Assembly: GCA_947482665.1 (NCBI GenBank) | Contig: CANKJK010000009.1 | Location: 1,603-65,602 of the forward strand | Length of the DNA: 64,000 nucleotides | Direction of reading: 5' to 3' | Origin: Acidobacteriota bacterium | GTDB taxonomy: Bacteria; Acidobacteriota; Vicinamibacteria; Vicinamibacterales; UBA2999 | Shown: piece by piece, positions 55,343 to 64,000 of the stretch | How positions within the stretch are numbered: the stretch's first letter is position 1 | How the letters are laid out: each line of letters starts with the position of its first letter | Notes under the pieces: model-generated | What the model was told of the DNA's origin: nothing | Seen by the model: the letters and a program-made list of their open reading frames with translations, nothing else | Databases searched by the model: none | Program-made: the position numbers and the translations under genes

Positions 55343-55977
55343 AGTCCACACCATCCACCATTCGCGTGCTCTGCGTCGATGACCATCCCCTCGTGCTGGA
55401 GGGCATCATGCGCAAGATCGACGCCCAGGCGGACATGCAGGTGGTCGCCTCCGCGCCGACCGGCGAGGAAGCGCTGCGCCTATTCGAGGCGAACCGGCCC
55501 GACGTCACGCTCATGGACCTGAACCTTCCCGGCATGAGCGGCCTCGAGACGATCGAGGCGATCCGCCGGCAGTGGCCCACGGCCCGCATCGTGGTGTTGA
55601 CCATGTACAAGGGCGATGAAGACATTCACCGGGCCCTGGCCGCCGGAGCGGCCGCCTACGTGCTCAAGACGACCGTCTCCGACGATCTCGTCCGCGTCGT
55701 GCGTGAGGTGCACGCCGGGGCGAAGCCCATGTCGTCCGACGTGGCCACGCGCCTGGCCACACGCACTGGTGCCTCCACCTTGACCCCGCGTGAGCGGTCG
55801 GTCGTCGAGATGATTGCCAAGGGCAAGCGGAACAAGGAAATCGCGTTCGAACTCGGCATCAGCGAAGACACCGTCGAGGTCCACGCGCGAAACCTCTTCA
55901 CGAAGCTCGGAGTCCGAGACCGCACGGCCGCTGTCACGGCGGCCCTCCTGCGGGGCATCATCCACCTTCCGCAGTAG
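55339..55977 (+). CDS. NarL/FixJ-family response regulator (REC + LuxR-type HTH)
   Basis: ATGA overlap with the kinase. IRVLCVDDHPLV, phospho-acceptor block DVTLMDLNLPGMSG, and HTH LTPRERSVVEMIAKGKRNKEIAFELGISEDTVEVHARNLFTKLGV. Confidence 0.95.
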   Translation: MKSTPSTIRVLCVDDHPLVLEGIMRKIDAQADMQVVASAPTGEEALRLFEANRPDVTLMDLNLPGMSGLETIEAIRRQWPTARIVVLTMYKGDEDIHRALAAGAAAYVLKTTVSDDLVRVVREVHAGAKPMSSDVATRLATRTGASTLTPRERSVVEMIAKGKRNKEIAFELGISEDTVEVHARNLFTKLGVRDRTAAVTAALLRGIIHLPQ

Positions 55978-56044
55978 CCGTCCAGCCACCGGGCGCGGCA
56001 CGCGCCCGCGCAGGCATCCAGACATTCGAGCAGCCGTACACAAC

Positions 56045-56081
56045 AAACGGGGCGGGCCGCCGCGCGGCCCGCCCCGTTTTT
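56045..56081. terminator. strong bidirectional rho-independent terminator
   Basis: AAACGGGGCGGGCCGC-CGC-GCGGCCCGCCCCGTTT is a 17-bp perfect stem with a 3-nt loop. It runs into TTTTT on the plus strand and is followed by TTTGTTGTGT on the minus strand. Lies between convergent stops at 55977 and 56103. Confidence 0.85.
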
Positions 56082-56102
56082 GATGACCGTCTGATCGTCG
56101 TT

Positions 56103-59100
56103 CTAGAAGTCGATCTGCGCGCCGAACTTCATCAGGCGGGCGCCCAGCACGGCGAGCGGCCGGCCCCACGTGGCGCCGTAGCTCGGGTTGATCTGGAGCA
56201 CCGTGTTGGCATTCATTGCGTTGTAGACGTCGAACTGCCCTTCCATCCGATACCGGCCGAGCTTGATGCTCTTCGAGAACCGGATGTCGACCTGATTCAG
56301 ACGATCCTCGAAGGAGGAGTTCGGAATCTTGATGGCGATGTTCGCCGAACCCGTCGTCAGGGCCCGGCCCAGGGTCGTCTGCGTGGCGCCGTTCGTGATT
56401 GGCAGCACAGCCTGAATGGGGAGGCCCGGCAGGTTCTGAACCGTGGCGCTGACCCGCACGTCATAGACGAGGGGATAGTTCACCGCGAACTTGAACTGCG
56501 TCTGCCCCTTCATGCCCAGCGTGACCTTGCAGAAGTCATCGCTCGCACGCGAGCCCTGCCCGGTCGGCTGAAGGTTGTAGGTCACCACATTGTTCGGCAC
56601 CGTGTTGCTCGCGTGCACCGCATCGCAGATGTTCGTCACGGTTGTCCCGGTGTTCATGCCACCCTGAATCAACCCACCCTTGCCGAAGCGGGACTGAATA
56701 GCGATGTCGAAACCGTTGTAGGTCTCCCGGTACTTCCCGAAGTTGTTCGTGAGCGTCACGAAGTTGTCCGGGGCGGCCACGCGCTTTGCATCGAGCAACC
56801 CGCAGATCTGTTTGCCGCTCGTCGCACCCAGGCGCGAATCGGTCGGGGCCGTCACGCAGTATTCGTCGAAGCCCACGGAATCAAGGGCCCGGTTCACCGT
56901 GATGCGCTGATTGCCGTACCACGTCCGGAAGTAGCCCACGTTCAGCGCCACGTTCTTCATCAACTGCTGCTGCAGCGTCACCGAACTCTGCCAGCTGTAG
57001 GCACGCTTGTTCCAGCCGTTCAGCATCTTCGGGTCGAAGGTCGTCGCCGGAATCTTCTGACCGAACGTCGGCGTCAGCCACGCGCCGCACTCCCCATTCG
57101 CCAATGCACTCCCGAGATCGCAGTCCGGGATCTTGTTGCCGTTGGCATCGTTCCACGACCGCTGGGTCTGCGAGGCGATGGCGTTGGCCGGCGCGCTCGA
57201 AATCGCGAGACCGTTGCTCTCGGTTTCGTTGTACTTCCCGATGGCGCCCTTGATGGCCGTCCGGCCGTTGCCGAACACGTCATAGGCTGCGCCGAGGCGG
57301 GGCGTGACGGTCTGCCAGCGCGGCACGTTCTTGACCTCCGGGAGTTCCAGTGCCGGAAGGCGGAACTCCGGAATCGCGGGAATCGTCTCGGCCGGAGCAT
57401 AGGCACTCAGAAAGTCGTAACGCACACCGGCCGTCACCGTCAGCCGGCTGAGCGTCCACTGGTCCTGAGCGAACACACCCATCAGCGGCGCGGTGCGGAT
57501 CCGGTAGTACTTCGGCGACCGCCACTGCGTGACCTGGAACGGCACGCCGTTATTGAAGCGGTAGCTGATCGGCCCAAGGCCCGGCTGCACCGGAATCTCA
57601 CCGCCGGTGCGAGCTGGACTATAGAGGTTGCTCCAGCCGACCTTCACGGCGTGGGAGCCCGTCACATACGAGACGGCGGCACGCTGCGTCGTCACGTGCA
57701 CGCGATCGCCCTTCGCGATGTCCACCTGCCCGAGGCCCGTCGCACGGGAGTTATACATGTTCGGGATGCTGCCGCCGATTTCCTGCACCGAGATGTCGGT
57801 CAGCAGCGCGTTGCCGTCCTTGACCAGGCCGTTGGTCTGATCTTCCCAGAGGGTCAGCGTGCCGGCCTCGGCGAGGAGCCGGTTCGTCTTGGCCCAGGTC
57901 CAGGTGGCCTGGGTCAGGCTGTTCGGGCTCCACTGGAGCCAACCCGCCGCCTCCGGTGCGCGACCGCGGTCGACTTCGTAGTATTCGTTGGCGTCCCACT
58001 GCACGCCCTGCGACGCGGTGAGCTTCATCTTGGATGTGATCTGCCACGTGATGCGGCCCTGGTGGTCACGGTTGTGGATCCACGTGAACGCCGGCTTGCT
58101 GAGGTCGGGGGTGTAGGTGAACGTGTGGGGCGTCTTGTTGAAGTACATCCCGGGCACGGTGTTCTTCGTGCCCCAGCGACGGTGGGCCGTGTAGAACCAC
58201 AGCTTGTCCTTCTTGATCGGCCCGCCCATACCGAAGCCGAGGTCGTAGATGTTCTTGACGTTGGGCGAGGTGGTGATGCCGCGACCGCGCAGTTCGTCGT
58301 CGATGTTGCTGCTCTGGAACTTGCCGCTCGTGCCATTGGTCAGCACGCTGCCGCTGATCTTGTTGCCGCCGTCCTTGGGCACGATGTTGATCGCGACGCC
58401 ACCCGTCTCGGAGTCGGCGCCGTATCCGCCGGTCTGGATGGTGGTCTCGGCGACCGCCATCTGGTTGACGTAGTTCGTGCGGTTGCCGGCGGAGCCGTTG
58501 CCGATGAGGGCGTAGAAGTGCATGCCCTCGAGGGTCATGCGCTGGTCGTTACCGCGGCCGCCGTGGACGGCGAAATAGCCGAAGCCGCCCGCCTCTCCCT
58601 GGTTGCCGCCGACGTCCTGGTTCTGCGCCTGCGCCATCGACGCACCGAGTGTCAGGGCCGCGTAGCTCTGCAGGGTCTTGTTGGTCGGGAGGGCATCCAG
58701 CGCTTCGCGCGTCAGCACGGTCTGGGTGCGGACGTTCTGAATGTCGACAACGGGCGCGGCGCCGCTCACGGTCACCGTCTCCTCGAGACCGCCGACCTTC
58801 AGATCCCCGGCGACGTTGGCCGTGACGCCGGTTGACACGTCCACGCCCTCGCGCTTCAGGGTATTGAAACCCGGCAGCGTGAAGGTGACCGTGTAGGTGC
58901 CCGGGCGCAGCTCGATAATCTTGTAATTGCCCTGCCCGTCAGTGACAGCCGTGCGGACCTTCTCGATGAGCGCCGGGCTCGAGGCCTCGACGGTGACACC
59001 GGGCAATACCGCACCGCTCGTGTCCTTGACCACACCGGCGATCGCGCCAGTCGTCGCAGACTGCGCCGACGCAAGCACCGGCGTCAACACCGCGGCACAC

Positions 59101-59135
59101 AGGGCCGCCAGCCTTACCAGTTTCATCGTCCTCAT
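56103..59135 (-). CDS. TonB-dependent receptor-like outer-membrane protein with N-terminal CarboxypepD_reg domain
   Basis: ATG 59135 is preceded by GAAGGGGAAGG. Signal peptide MRTMKLVRLAALCAAVLTPVLASA. TGAIAGVVKDTSGAVLPGVTVEASS...GNYKIIELRPGTYTVTFTLPGF (carboxypeptidase-regulatory fold). About 1000 aa ending in the aromatic residue F, typical of beta-barrels. Confidence 0.85.
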   Translation of the reverse strand: MRTMKLVRLAALCAAVLTPVLASAQSATTGAIAGVVKDTSGAVLPGVTVEASSPALIEKVRTAVTDGQGNYKIIELRPGTYTVTFTLPGFNTLKREGVDVSTGVTANVAGDLKVGGLEETVTVSGAAPVVDIQNVRTQTVLTREALDALPTNKTLQSYAALTLGASMAQAQNQDVGGNQGEAGGFGYFAVHGGRGNDQRMTLEGMHFYALIGNGSAGNRTNYVNQMAVAETTIQTGGYGADSETGGVAINIVPKDGGNKISGSVLTNGTSGKFQSSNIDDELRGRGITTSPNVKNIYDLGFGMGGPIKKDKLWFYTAHRRWGTKNTVPGMYFNKTPHTFTYTPDLSKPAFTWIHNRDHQGRITWQITSKMKLTASQGVQWDANEYYEVDRGRAPEAAGWLQWSPNSLTQATWTWAKTNRLLAEAGTLTLWEDQTNGLVKDGNALLTDISVQEIGGSIPNMYNSRATGLGQVDIAKGDRVHVTTQRAAVSYVTGSHAVKVGWSNLYSPARTGGEIPVQPGLGPISYRFNNGVPFQVTQWRSPKYYRIRTAPLMGVFAQDQWTLSRLTVTAGVRYDFLSAYAPAETIPAIPEFRLPALELPEVKNVPRWQTVTPRLGAAYDVFGNGRTAIKGAIGKYNETESNGLAISSAPANAIASQTQRSWNDANGNKIPDCDLGSALANGECGAWLTPTFGQKIPATTFDPKMLNGWNKRAYSWQSSVTLQQQLMKNVALNVGYFRTWYGNQRITVNRALDSVGFDEYCVTAPTDSRLGATSGKQICGLLDAKRVAAPDNFVTLTNNFGKYRETYNGFDIAIQSRFGKGGLIQGGMNTGTTVTNICDAVHASNTVPNNVVTYNLQPTGQGSRASDDFCKVTLGMKGQTQFKFAVNYPLVYDVRVSATVQNLPGLPIQAVLPITNGATQTTLGRALTTGSANIAIKIPNSSFEDRLNQVDIRFSKSIKLGRYRMEGQFDVYNAMNANTVLQINPSYGATWGRPLAVLGARLMKFGAQIDF

Positions 59136-59322
59136 ACCTTCCCCTTCGCTCGACAGAGAGATTCGGAGCACTTGACCTACGCGTTCGTGCAAGAGAGACC
59201 ACACAATCCATGCCTACGCCGGGCGAGTGTGCCAGCGGATGCTAGCTCATGCGCCCGCTGGGCAACATCCCGGTTTCCCGTTAGAGGCACCCTCGGTCGC
59301 CCGCCTGGGCGAACGGTTCCGC

Positions 59323-60687
59323 CTACAGGCTTAGCAAATCCAGCCGGCCGCCGCTGTCGCCGAAGCGCTCTTCGCGGAGGCCCAGCTTCTCCAGCAGCGT
59401 GAGCTGGAGGTCGCTCAGACGCGCCGACTCCAATGGATACTTCCGGTGAAGCCCCGTGCGAATGTCGATGCCCCGTCCGGCGACGACCATGACCGGCAGG
59501 TTCAGGGCGTTGTGGAGGTTTGGGTCGCCCATCCCGGACCCGTAAAGCAGGATGGTGTTGTCGAGGAGCGTGCCGTCCCCTTCCCTGGTCGCGGCCAGCT
59601 TGGCCGCGAAGTAGGCGAAGAGCGACACGTGGAAGGCGTTGAGCTTGGCCAGCCGCGCCATCTTCTCGGGGTTGTCCTGGTGATGGGACAGCGGATGATG
59701 GGCGTCGGGGACGCCGATCTCCGGGTAGGCCCGGTTGCTCGCCTCGCGGGCCATCAGCAGCGTGAACACGCGGGTGAGGTCCGTCTGGAAGGCGACCGCC
59801 TGGAGGTCGCACATCAACTTGACGTGCTCCTCGTACGTCGCCGGGATGCCCGTCGGCTGCTCCACGATTGGAAGTTCCCGCTCGGCCTGAGACTCGGCTT
59901 TCCCGATCCGCCGCTCGATGTCGCGGACCGACTCCAGATACTGGTCCACCTTGGCGCGGTCGATCGTGCCGATGCCCTTCTGGAAGCGCCCGAGTTCGGC
60001 GGTCACCGAATCGAGGATGCTGCGGTCCTTCCGGAGATAGGCCATCCTGGCCCGCGGGTCCGTGCTGTCGCTGGCCCCGAATAGACGCTCGAAGATTGCC
60101 CGCGGGTTGTTCTCCATCGGGATCGGCGTCGTCGGGTTGCGCCACGAGATGGTGTTGCCATAGGCGCAGCTGTAGCGCTGCGCACAGGTGCCGAGCACGT
60201 CGTTGGTCTCGATCCCCAGTTGCAGGGAGTCCAGCTGCGTCTCCTTCGCGAACTCACGCGCGAGAATCTGGTCGAGCGAGGTGCCGGCCTGAAGATCCGC
60301 CCCTTCGGTCGGCTTGCATTTGGTGCCCGTGAGCCACGCCGTCTGCAGGCGCGGGTGCGGCCCGCCATCCTTGACGTCCGCCTGATGGCTGCCGAGACCT
60401 GTCAGGATAAGCGTGCGGTCCTTGAGCGGCGCCATCGGCGCCAGGGCCGGAGACAACTCCAGCGCCCCTTCCTTTGCCGGTGTCCAGTAGTTGATATTGA
60501 CCCCGGCGGTCATGCTCATCGACGCGCCCATGGGCACGAAGACGGCTCCAAACCGGCGGGCCGCCGCGGGTGCCGTGCGGACGGTGGCGAAGGCCGGACG
60601 CATGGCATCTAGAAGCGGCAGCGCGATCGCCGCGCCGGCGCCGCGCAGGACGAATCGGCGCGAGAGGCGCTTTCCTGTGACGATCAT
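59323..60687 (-). CDS. DUF1552-family protein with twin-arginine signal (module copy 3)
   Basis: ATG 60687 overlaps the upstream stop (ATGA). MIVTGKRLSRRFVLRGAGAAIALPLLDAM. Blocks YSCAYGNTISW, NPRAIFERLFG, QYLESVRDIERRI, HHPLSHHQ, TREGDGTLLDNTILLYGSG and NLPVMVVAG. Confidence 0.85.
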   Translation of the reverse strand: MIVTGKRLSRRFVLRGAGAAIALPLLDAMRPAFATVRTAPAAARRFGAVFVPMGASMSMTAGVNINYWTPAKEGALELSPALAPMAPLKDRTLILTGLGSHQADVKDGGPHPRLQTAWLTGTKCKPTEGADLQAGTSLDQILAREFAKETQLDSLQLGIETNDVLGTCAQRYSCAYGNTISWRNPTTPIPMENNPRAIFERLFGASDSTDPRARMAYLRKDRSILDSVTAELGRFQKGIGTIDRAKVDQYLESVRDIERRIGKAESQAERELPIVEQPTGIPATYEEHVKLMCDLQAVAFQTDLTRVFTLLMAREASNRAYPEIGVPDAHHPLSHHQDNPEKMARLAKLNAFHVSLFAYFAAKLAATREGDGTLLDNTILLYGSGMGDPNLHNALNLPVMVVAGRGIDIRTGLHRKYPLESARLSDLQLTLLEKLGLREERFGDSGGRLDLLSL

Positions 60688-63107
60688 GATTCGGCTCTCC
60701 TCATCTGGAACGGGACGCTCTTCACGAGGTTGACGATCAGGGCCGACCACCGATAGTCGCTGGCGGCCGCCTGACGGACGATCTGCCGAACAGCGGGCAT
60801 GTCGTAGAACTGGACGCCGCGGCCGAGCGCGTAAGTCAGGAGCTTCTCGGTCGTGGCTTCGACCAGTTGCTCCTTCTGCTTCAGCAGCGCCACACGGAAC
60901 TCCTTCGGTCCGGTGAACTTCGACCCATCGGGTAGGACGCCCGAGGCGTCCACGGGTGTGCCGTCATCCACCGTGCGGTACCGGCCCACGCCGTCGAAAT
61001 TCTCGAGCGCGAAGCCCAGCGGGTCGATCCGCGCGTGACACGAGGCGCAGACCGGGTTCCGCCGGTGCTGTTCCATGCGGGCCCGCACCGACTTGGGCGC
61101 CTCGCCCCCCTTGTTCTCCGGGAAGGGTGGCACGTTGGCCGGCGGCGGCGGTGGCGGCGTGCCCAGAATGTTCTCGAGCAGCCACTTGCCACGCACAACA
61201 GGTGAGGTCCTGTCGGCGTAGGAGGTGACCGTGAGGATGCTGCCCTGCCCCAGCAGGCCCGAGCGCACGCCGTCGGTCAGCGCCACCCGGCGGAAGTGGC
61301 TGCCGTACACGCCCGGGATGCCGTAGTGCCGGGCGAGCCGCTCGTTGACGAACGTGTAATCCGCCGTCAGCAGTTCGAGGGCGCTTCGGTCCTCGCGGAA
61401 CTGACTCTGGAGGAAGAGTTCCGTCTCGCGTTTGAAGGCATCCCGCAGGTTCTCGTCAAAGAGCGGGAAGAGCTTTGTATCTGGCCGGTGGGAGTCCAGA
61501 TTCCGCAGGTACAGCCACTGCCCGAAGAAGTTCGAGAAGAACGCCTGCGACCGGTCGTCCTTCAGCATGCGGCGGACCTGAGCCTCGAGCTCGGCTGGCC
61601 GCGACAGGCGCCCGGCCGCAGCCAGGGTCAGCAACTGGTCGTCCGGGATGCTGCTCCAGAGGAAGAACGAGAGCCGCGAGGCCAATTCCGTGTCCGTGAT
61701 GCGGTACGGGCCTGACTTCCCATCGGGCTGGTCACGTTCCTTGCGCAGCAGGAAGTAGGGCGACACCAGCACCCGCTCGATTGCGGTCTGGATGCCCGTC
61801 TCGAACGTCGCGTCACGACGCCCGTCCCTGTAGAACGCCATCAGGGTCTCGATATCGTCTACCGTCGGCTCACGGCGATAGGCCCGGCGCGCCAGCGCCG
61901 TGACGATGCGATGCGCGCACGGTGTCTCGGCCGCGGCGCTCGCCGGACGGCAGGACAGAATCCGCTTCCGGCTGGGCGTGGCGGCCGGCGCTTGTCCGTT
62001 AAACGGGCCGGTGATCTCCAGCGTATCGATGCCCATCTCGATCTTGCCAAACTGCCCGTCCGTCTCTGTGCCCGAGTTGAAGGCGTCACTGGCGGCCGGG
62101 AGGCGTCCCACACCGACGCCCTCCACGTACCAGTGGCGGCGCGGAAACGAGACGGCCACGGTCCGAACGCCCGCTTTCACGGGGATGCGCACCTTCAGCT
62201 TCTGCTCCATCTCGTTGGCGTTGACGCCGGTGCCAACGCCTGGCGCCAGCGCGCCCTTCTTCGGCGGCACGACGAACCGCTGGACGCGTTCGCCATCGAT
62301 GTGCACGTCAATCACGTTCTCCTCATCCATCCCGCGAATCGCGTAGGCGAGGTTGATCGAATTGCGCTGCAGCTTCAGACGCAGGTCGTAGTCCCCGTCC
62401 ACGGGAAAGACCTGGCGGACCGCCAGCCCCCCGCGCGAGCCGAACGGCAGGTCATCCGCCATCCGGTCTTCCTGGAGGAGCGACGGCGGCAGCTTGTAGC
62501 TGTCGACCGACGCACGGATCGTCGGATCCCCCATCGCCAGCCGGCTGACCTTCTTGGCCACGAGGAGATACCGTTCGAGCAGGCCCGAGGTGACCGACAG
62601 GACGTCCGCCACATTGTCGAACCCATAGCTCGCGTCGTCGGCCGGCAGCAGCGCCTTGCCGTCGATGACGACGCCCAAGAGATCGCGCACCGCGTTGGTG
62701 TACTCGGCGCGATTGAGTCGATGGACGACGGGTCGGCCCGGGTCCGGACTCTTCGCCGAGTACGCGTCGAGAGAGGTCTCGAGGTGATCGGCGATATTCG
62801 CCAGGACCGTCCCTTGCGGCTTCGGGGCCGTCGCCGGCGGCATCGCGCCGGAGCGCAGTTTCTTGATGACCTTCTCCCAGATCTCACCACTGGCCGGCAG
62901 ACGCTCAACGTCGATGCCTTGCAGGACCAGCCCGCCCGTCTTCAACCGCTCGTTGTGACAGGTCACGCAGTACTTGTCCACGGTGGAGCGGATCACGGCG
63001 GCGTCCATGGCCGGTGTCCCCTGCACTGCCGCCCGCGCACTCCCTGACGGAAGCACAAGAACCAGCACGGCGAGGCCGGCCCACGTCACCGGTTTCAGTT
63101 TCTTCAC
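60684..63107 (-). CDS. dihaem cytochrome c of the DUF1592-type multi-domain family (module copy 3)
   Basis: GTG 63107 overlaps the stop of the upstream ankyrin gene (GTGA). Signal peptide MKKLKPVTWAGLAVLVLVLPSGSARA. CVTCH and CASCHARIDPLGFALENFD. Blocks VHRLNRAEYTNAVRDLLG, LPADDASYGFDNVADVL and LASRLSFFLWSSIPDD. Confidence 0.85.
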   Translation of the reverse strand: MKKLKPVTWAGLAVLVLVLPSGSARAAVQGTPAMDAAVIRSTVDKYCVTCHNERLKTGGLVLQGIDVERLPASGEIWEKVIKKLRSGAMPPATAPKPQGTVLANIADHLETSLDAYSAKSPDPGRPVVHRLNRAEYTNAVRDLLGVVIDGKALLPADDASYGFDNVADVLSVTSGLLERYLLVAKKVSRLAMGDPTIRASVDSYKLPPSLLQEDRMADDLPFGSRGGLAVRQVFPVDGDYDLRLKLQRNSINLAYAIRGMDEENVIDVHIDGERVQRFVVPPKKGALAPGVGTGVNANEMEQKLKVRIPVKAGVRTVAVSFPRRHWYVEGVGVGRLPAASDAFNSGTETDGQFGKIEMGIDTLEITGPFNGQAPAATPSRKRILSCRPASAAAETPCAHRIVTALARRAYRREPTVDDIETLMAFYRDGRRDATFETGIQTAIERVLVSPYFLLRKERDQPDGKSGPYRITDTELASRLSFFLWSSIPDDQLLTLAAAGRLSRPAELEAQVRRMLKDDRSQAFFSNFFGQWLYLRNLDSHRPDTKLFPLFDENLRDAFKRETELFLQSQFREDRSALELLTADYTFVNERLARHYGIPGVYGSHFRRVALTDGVRSGLLGQGSILTVTSYADRTSPVVRGKWLLENILGTPPPPPPANVPPFPENKGGEAPKSVRARMEQHRRNPVCASCHARIDPLGFALENFDGVGRYRTVDDGTPVDASGVLPDGSKFTGPKEFRVALLKQKEQLVEATTEKLLTYALGRGVQFYDMPAVRQIVRQAAASDYRWSALIVNLVKSVPFQMRRAES

Positions 63108-64000
63108 TGGCTGACTCCTCCCAGCTTGCGCAGCAGGGCGATCGTTCCCGGCCGCACAACCAACTGCATCGCGACGACCGTGCCCTGGGCCATCGCCAGC
63201 GGGGTTTTGCCGGCCTTGGTCTTCGCGTTGACTGATGCGCCCCGCGTCACCAGCAGGTCGACGACGCTCTCGAGCCCGGCCAGCGCCGCCGAGTGGAGGG
63301 CCGCCTCACCCATGTTGTTGACGCCGTTGACATCCGCGCCAAGGTCGAGCACGAGACGCGTTGCCTCGAGCGCGGCTGACTCCGGAATGTGTGTCTCGTT
63401 GTCCACACGGCACCGGCCCGCCGCGACCATCAGTGGCGTGGTGCCGTCGGCATCGGCCACAAGGGGTTTGGCACCTGCCGCCACGAGCAGTTTCATGACC
63501 TCGACGTCAGCGACGATGGCCGCGAGAAAGAAGGGGCTCGCGCCCACGATCCGGGCCTGCTGCTGCCCGAAGAGCGTGAACCCGTAGCGCGGGGGCGTCT
63601 TCGTCGTCAGGGCATTCACGTCGGCACCCGCGGCGATGAGTGCCGCGATCATCTCCAGCTTCGCCGCCCGGGAGGGAATACCAATGAGGGCGGCCCACTC
63701 CCCTTCGGTGAGGCGATAGTCGAAGGTCGTGCTCGTCTCCCACGTGCCGACTGCCCAGTGGAGCGGGGTGTAGCCCGCACCGGACGCGTTGGGGTCGGCC
63801 TTCCGATCGAGGAGGAACCGGGCAAGCGCCACGTGGCCGCGCACGGTCGCCACGAGCAGGGGCGTGGAACCGTCGGCCGACTGGGCGTTGATGGCCGCGC
63901 CGCTCTCCAGCAGGAGACGGGCTATCTCCAGGTCACCGACACGAGCCGCGAACATCAGGGCGGTGAAGCCCGAGGTGGACCCCATGTCGACCTTGGCTCC
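63104..64000 (-). CDS. ankyrin-repeat protein (third copy), 5' end outside the window
   Basis: The frame stays open to nt 64000 (GAKVD precedes the first Met). Ankyrin repeats GFTALMFAARVGDLEIARLLLESGAAIN, GSTPLLVATVRGHVALARFLLDRKADPN, GEAALHSAALAGLESVVDLLVTRGASVN. Confidence 0.85.
   Translation of the reverse strand, partial: GAKVDMGSTSGFTALMFAARVGDLEIARLLLESGAAINAQSADGSTPLLVATVRGHVALARFLLDRKADPNASGAGYTPLHWAVGTWETSTTFDYRLTEGEWAALIGIPSRAAKLEMIAALIAAGADVNALTTKTPPRYGFTLFGQQQARIVGASPFFLAAIVADVEVMKLLVAAGAKPLVADADGTTPLMVAAGRCRVDNETHIPESAALEATRLVLDLGADVNGVNNMGEAALHSAALAGLESVVDLLVTRGASVNAKTKAGKTPLAMAQGTVVAMQLVVRPGTIALLRKLGGVSQ

Noticed and set aside
56613-58835. 740-aa plus-strand ORF inside the TonB-dependent receptor locus
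   Set aside because: The opposite strand encodes a full-length receptor with signal peptide, CarboxypepD_reg domain and terminal aromatic residue. The plus-strand translation has no recognisable features.
59250-59300. Possible cobalamin riboswitch in the 187-nt leader of the TonB-dependent receptor (minus strand reads GGTGCC...AACGGGAAACCGG)
   Set aside because: Only a short resemblance to the riboswitch core is present. I could not find a B12 box or the flanking conserved helices. A covariance-model scan (Rfam cobalamin) would be decisive, and I expect no hit.
36492-64000. The three modules as a recent segmental duplication or mobile-element-borne repeat
   Set aside because: I saw no DNA-level repeats, no flanking direct or inverted repeats, and no transposase or integrase. 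Even identical peptide blocks differ at synonymous sites, and the flanking genes differ for each copy. Ancient paralogy fits better.
1-64000. Scan for tRNA/rRNA genes, CRISPR arrays, IS elements and prophage genes
   Set aside because: I noticed no regularly spaced direct repeats, no T-loop/acceptor-like tRNA signatures in the few non-coding gaps (all under about 270 bp), and no transposase, integrase or phage-structural motifs in any translated frame. This was a by-eye scan only; tRNAscan-SE, Infernal and CRISPR finders should confirm it.

Overview
This is visibly GC-rich bacterial chromosomal DNA (about two-thirds G+C by eye, not computed), almost fully coding on both strands. I can support about 56 protein-coding genes and 4 hairpin terminator candidates. 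I recognised no rRNA, tRNA, CRISPR array, transposase/integrase or long DNA repeat.
- Left ~21 kb: a 5'-truncated flavoprotein monooxygenase, two tandem paralogous exported proteins of unknown function, a LuxE/PaaK-like adenylating enzyme with a LuxC/ALDH-like reductase, and DUF3311 with a sodium:solute symporter. These are followed by housekeeping genes (cell-wall amidase, GerMN protein, rph, rdgB, coaA, hemD) and a six-gene MoxR/DUF58/VWA (Bat-like) operon.
- 21.9-30.5 kb: apparently one long minus-strand operon encoding an Old-Yellow-Enzyme flavoreductase, a PQQ-like beta-propeller and a family-5-SBP peptide-type ABC importer.
- 30.5-64 kb: an island made almost entirely of signal-peptide or Tat-signal proteins. 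It is dominated by three diverged copies of a three-gene module: a dihaem DUF1592-family cytochrome c, a twin-arginine DUF1552 protein and an exported ankyrin-repeat protein.
- Interspersed in that island: a sulfite-oxidase-family molybdoenzyme, beta-propellers, a PEBP protein, an exported HpcH-type aldolase, an NHL propeller, a monohaem cytochrome c, a PhyH-like oxygenase with a GSCFA protein, and a propeller/Y_Y_Y sensor kinase with a LuxR regulator and a TonB-dependent receptor.
The repeated cytochrome/DUF1552/ankyrin module is my best candidate for an undescribed system. Gene content (CarboxypepD_reg-type TonB receptor, DUF1552/DUF1592 expansion) suggests Acidobacteriota or a similar soil phylum, but that is inference only. 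All family calls come from motif recognition in the supplied translations; no database search or alignment program was run. The many long Arg/Ala/Gly/Pro-rich ORFs antisense to recognisable genes are treated as GC-driven shadow ORFs.
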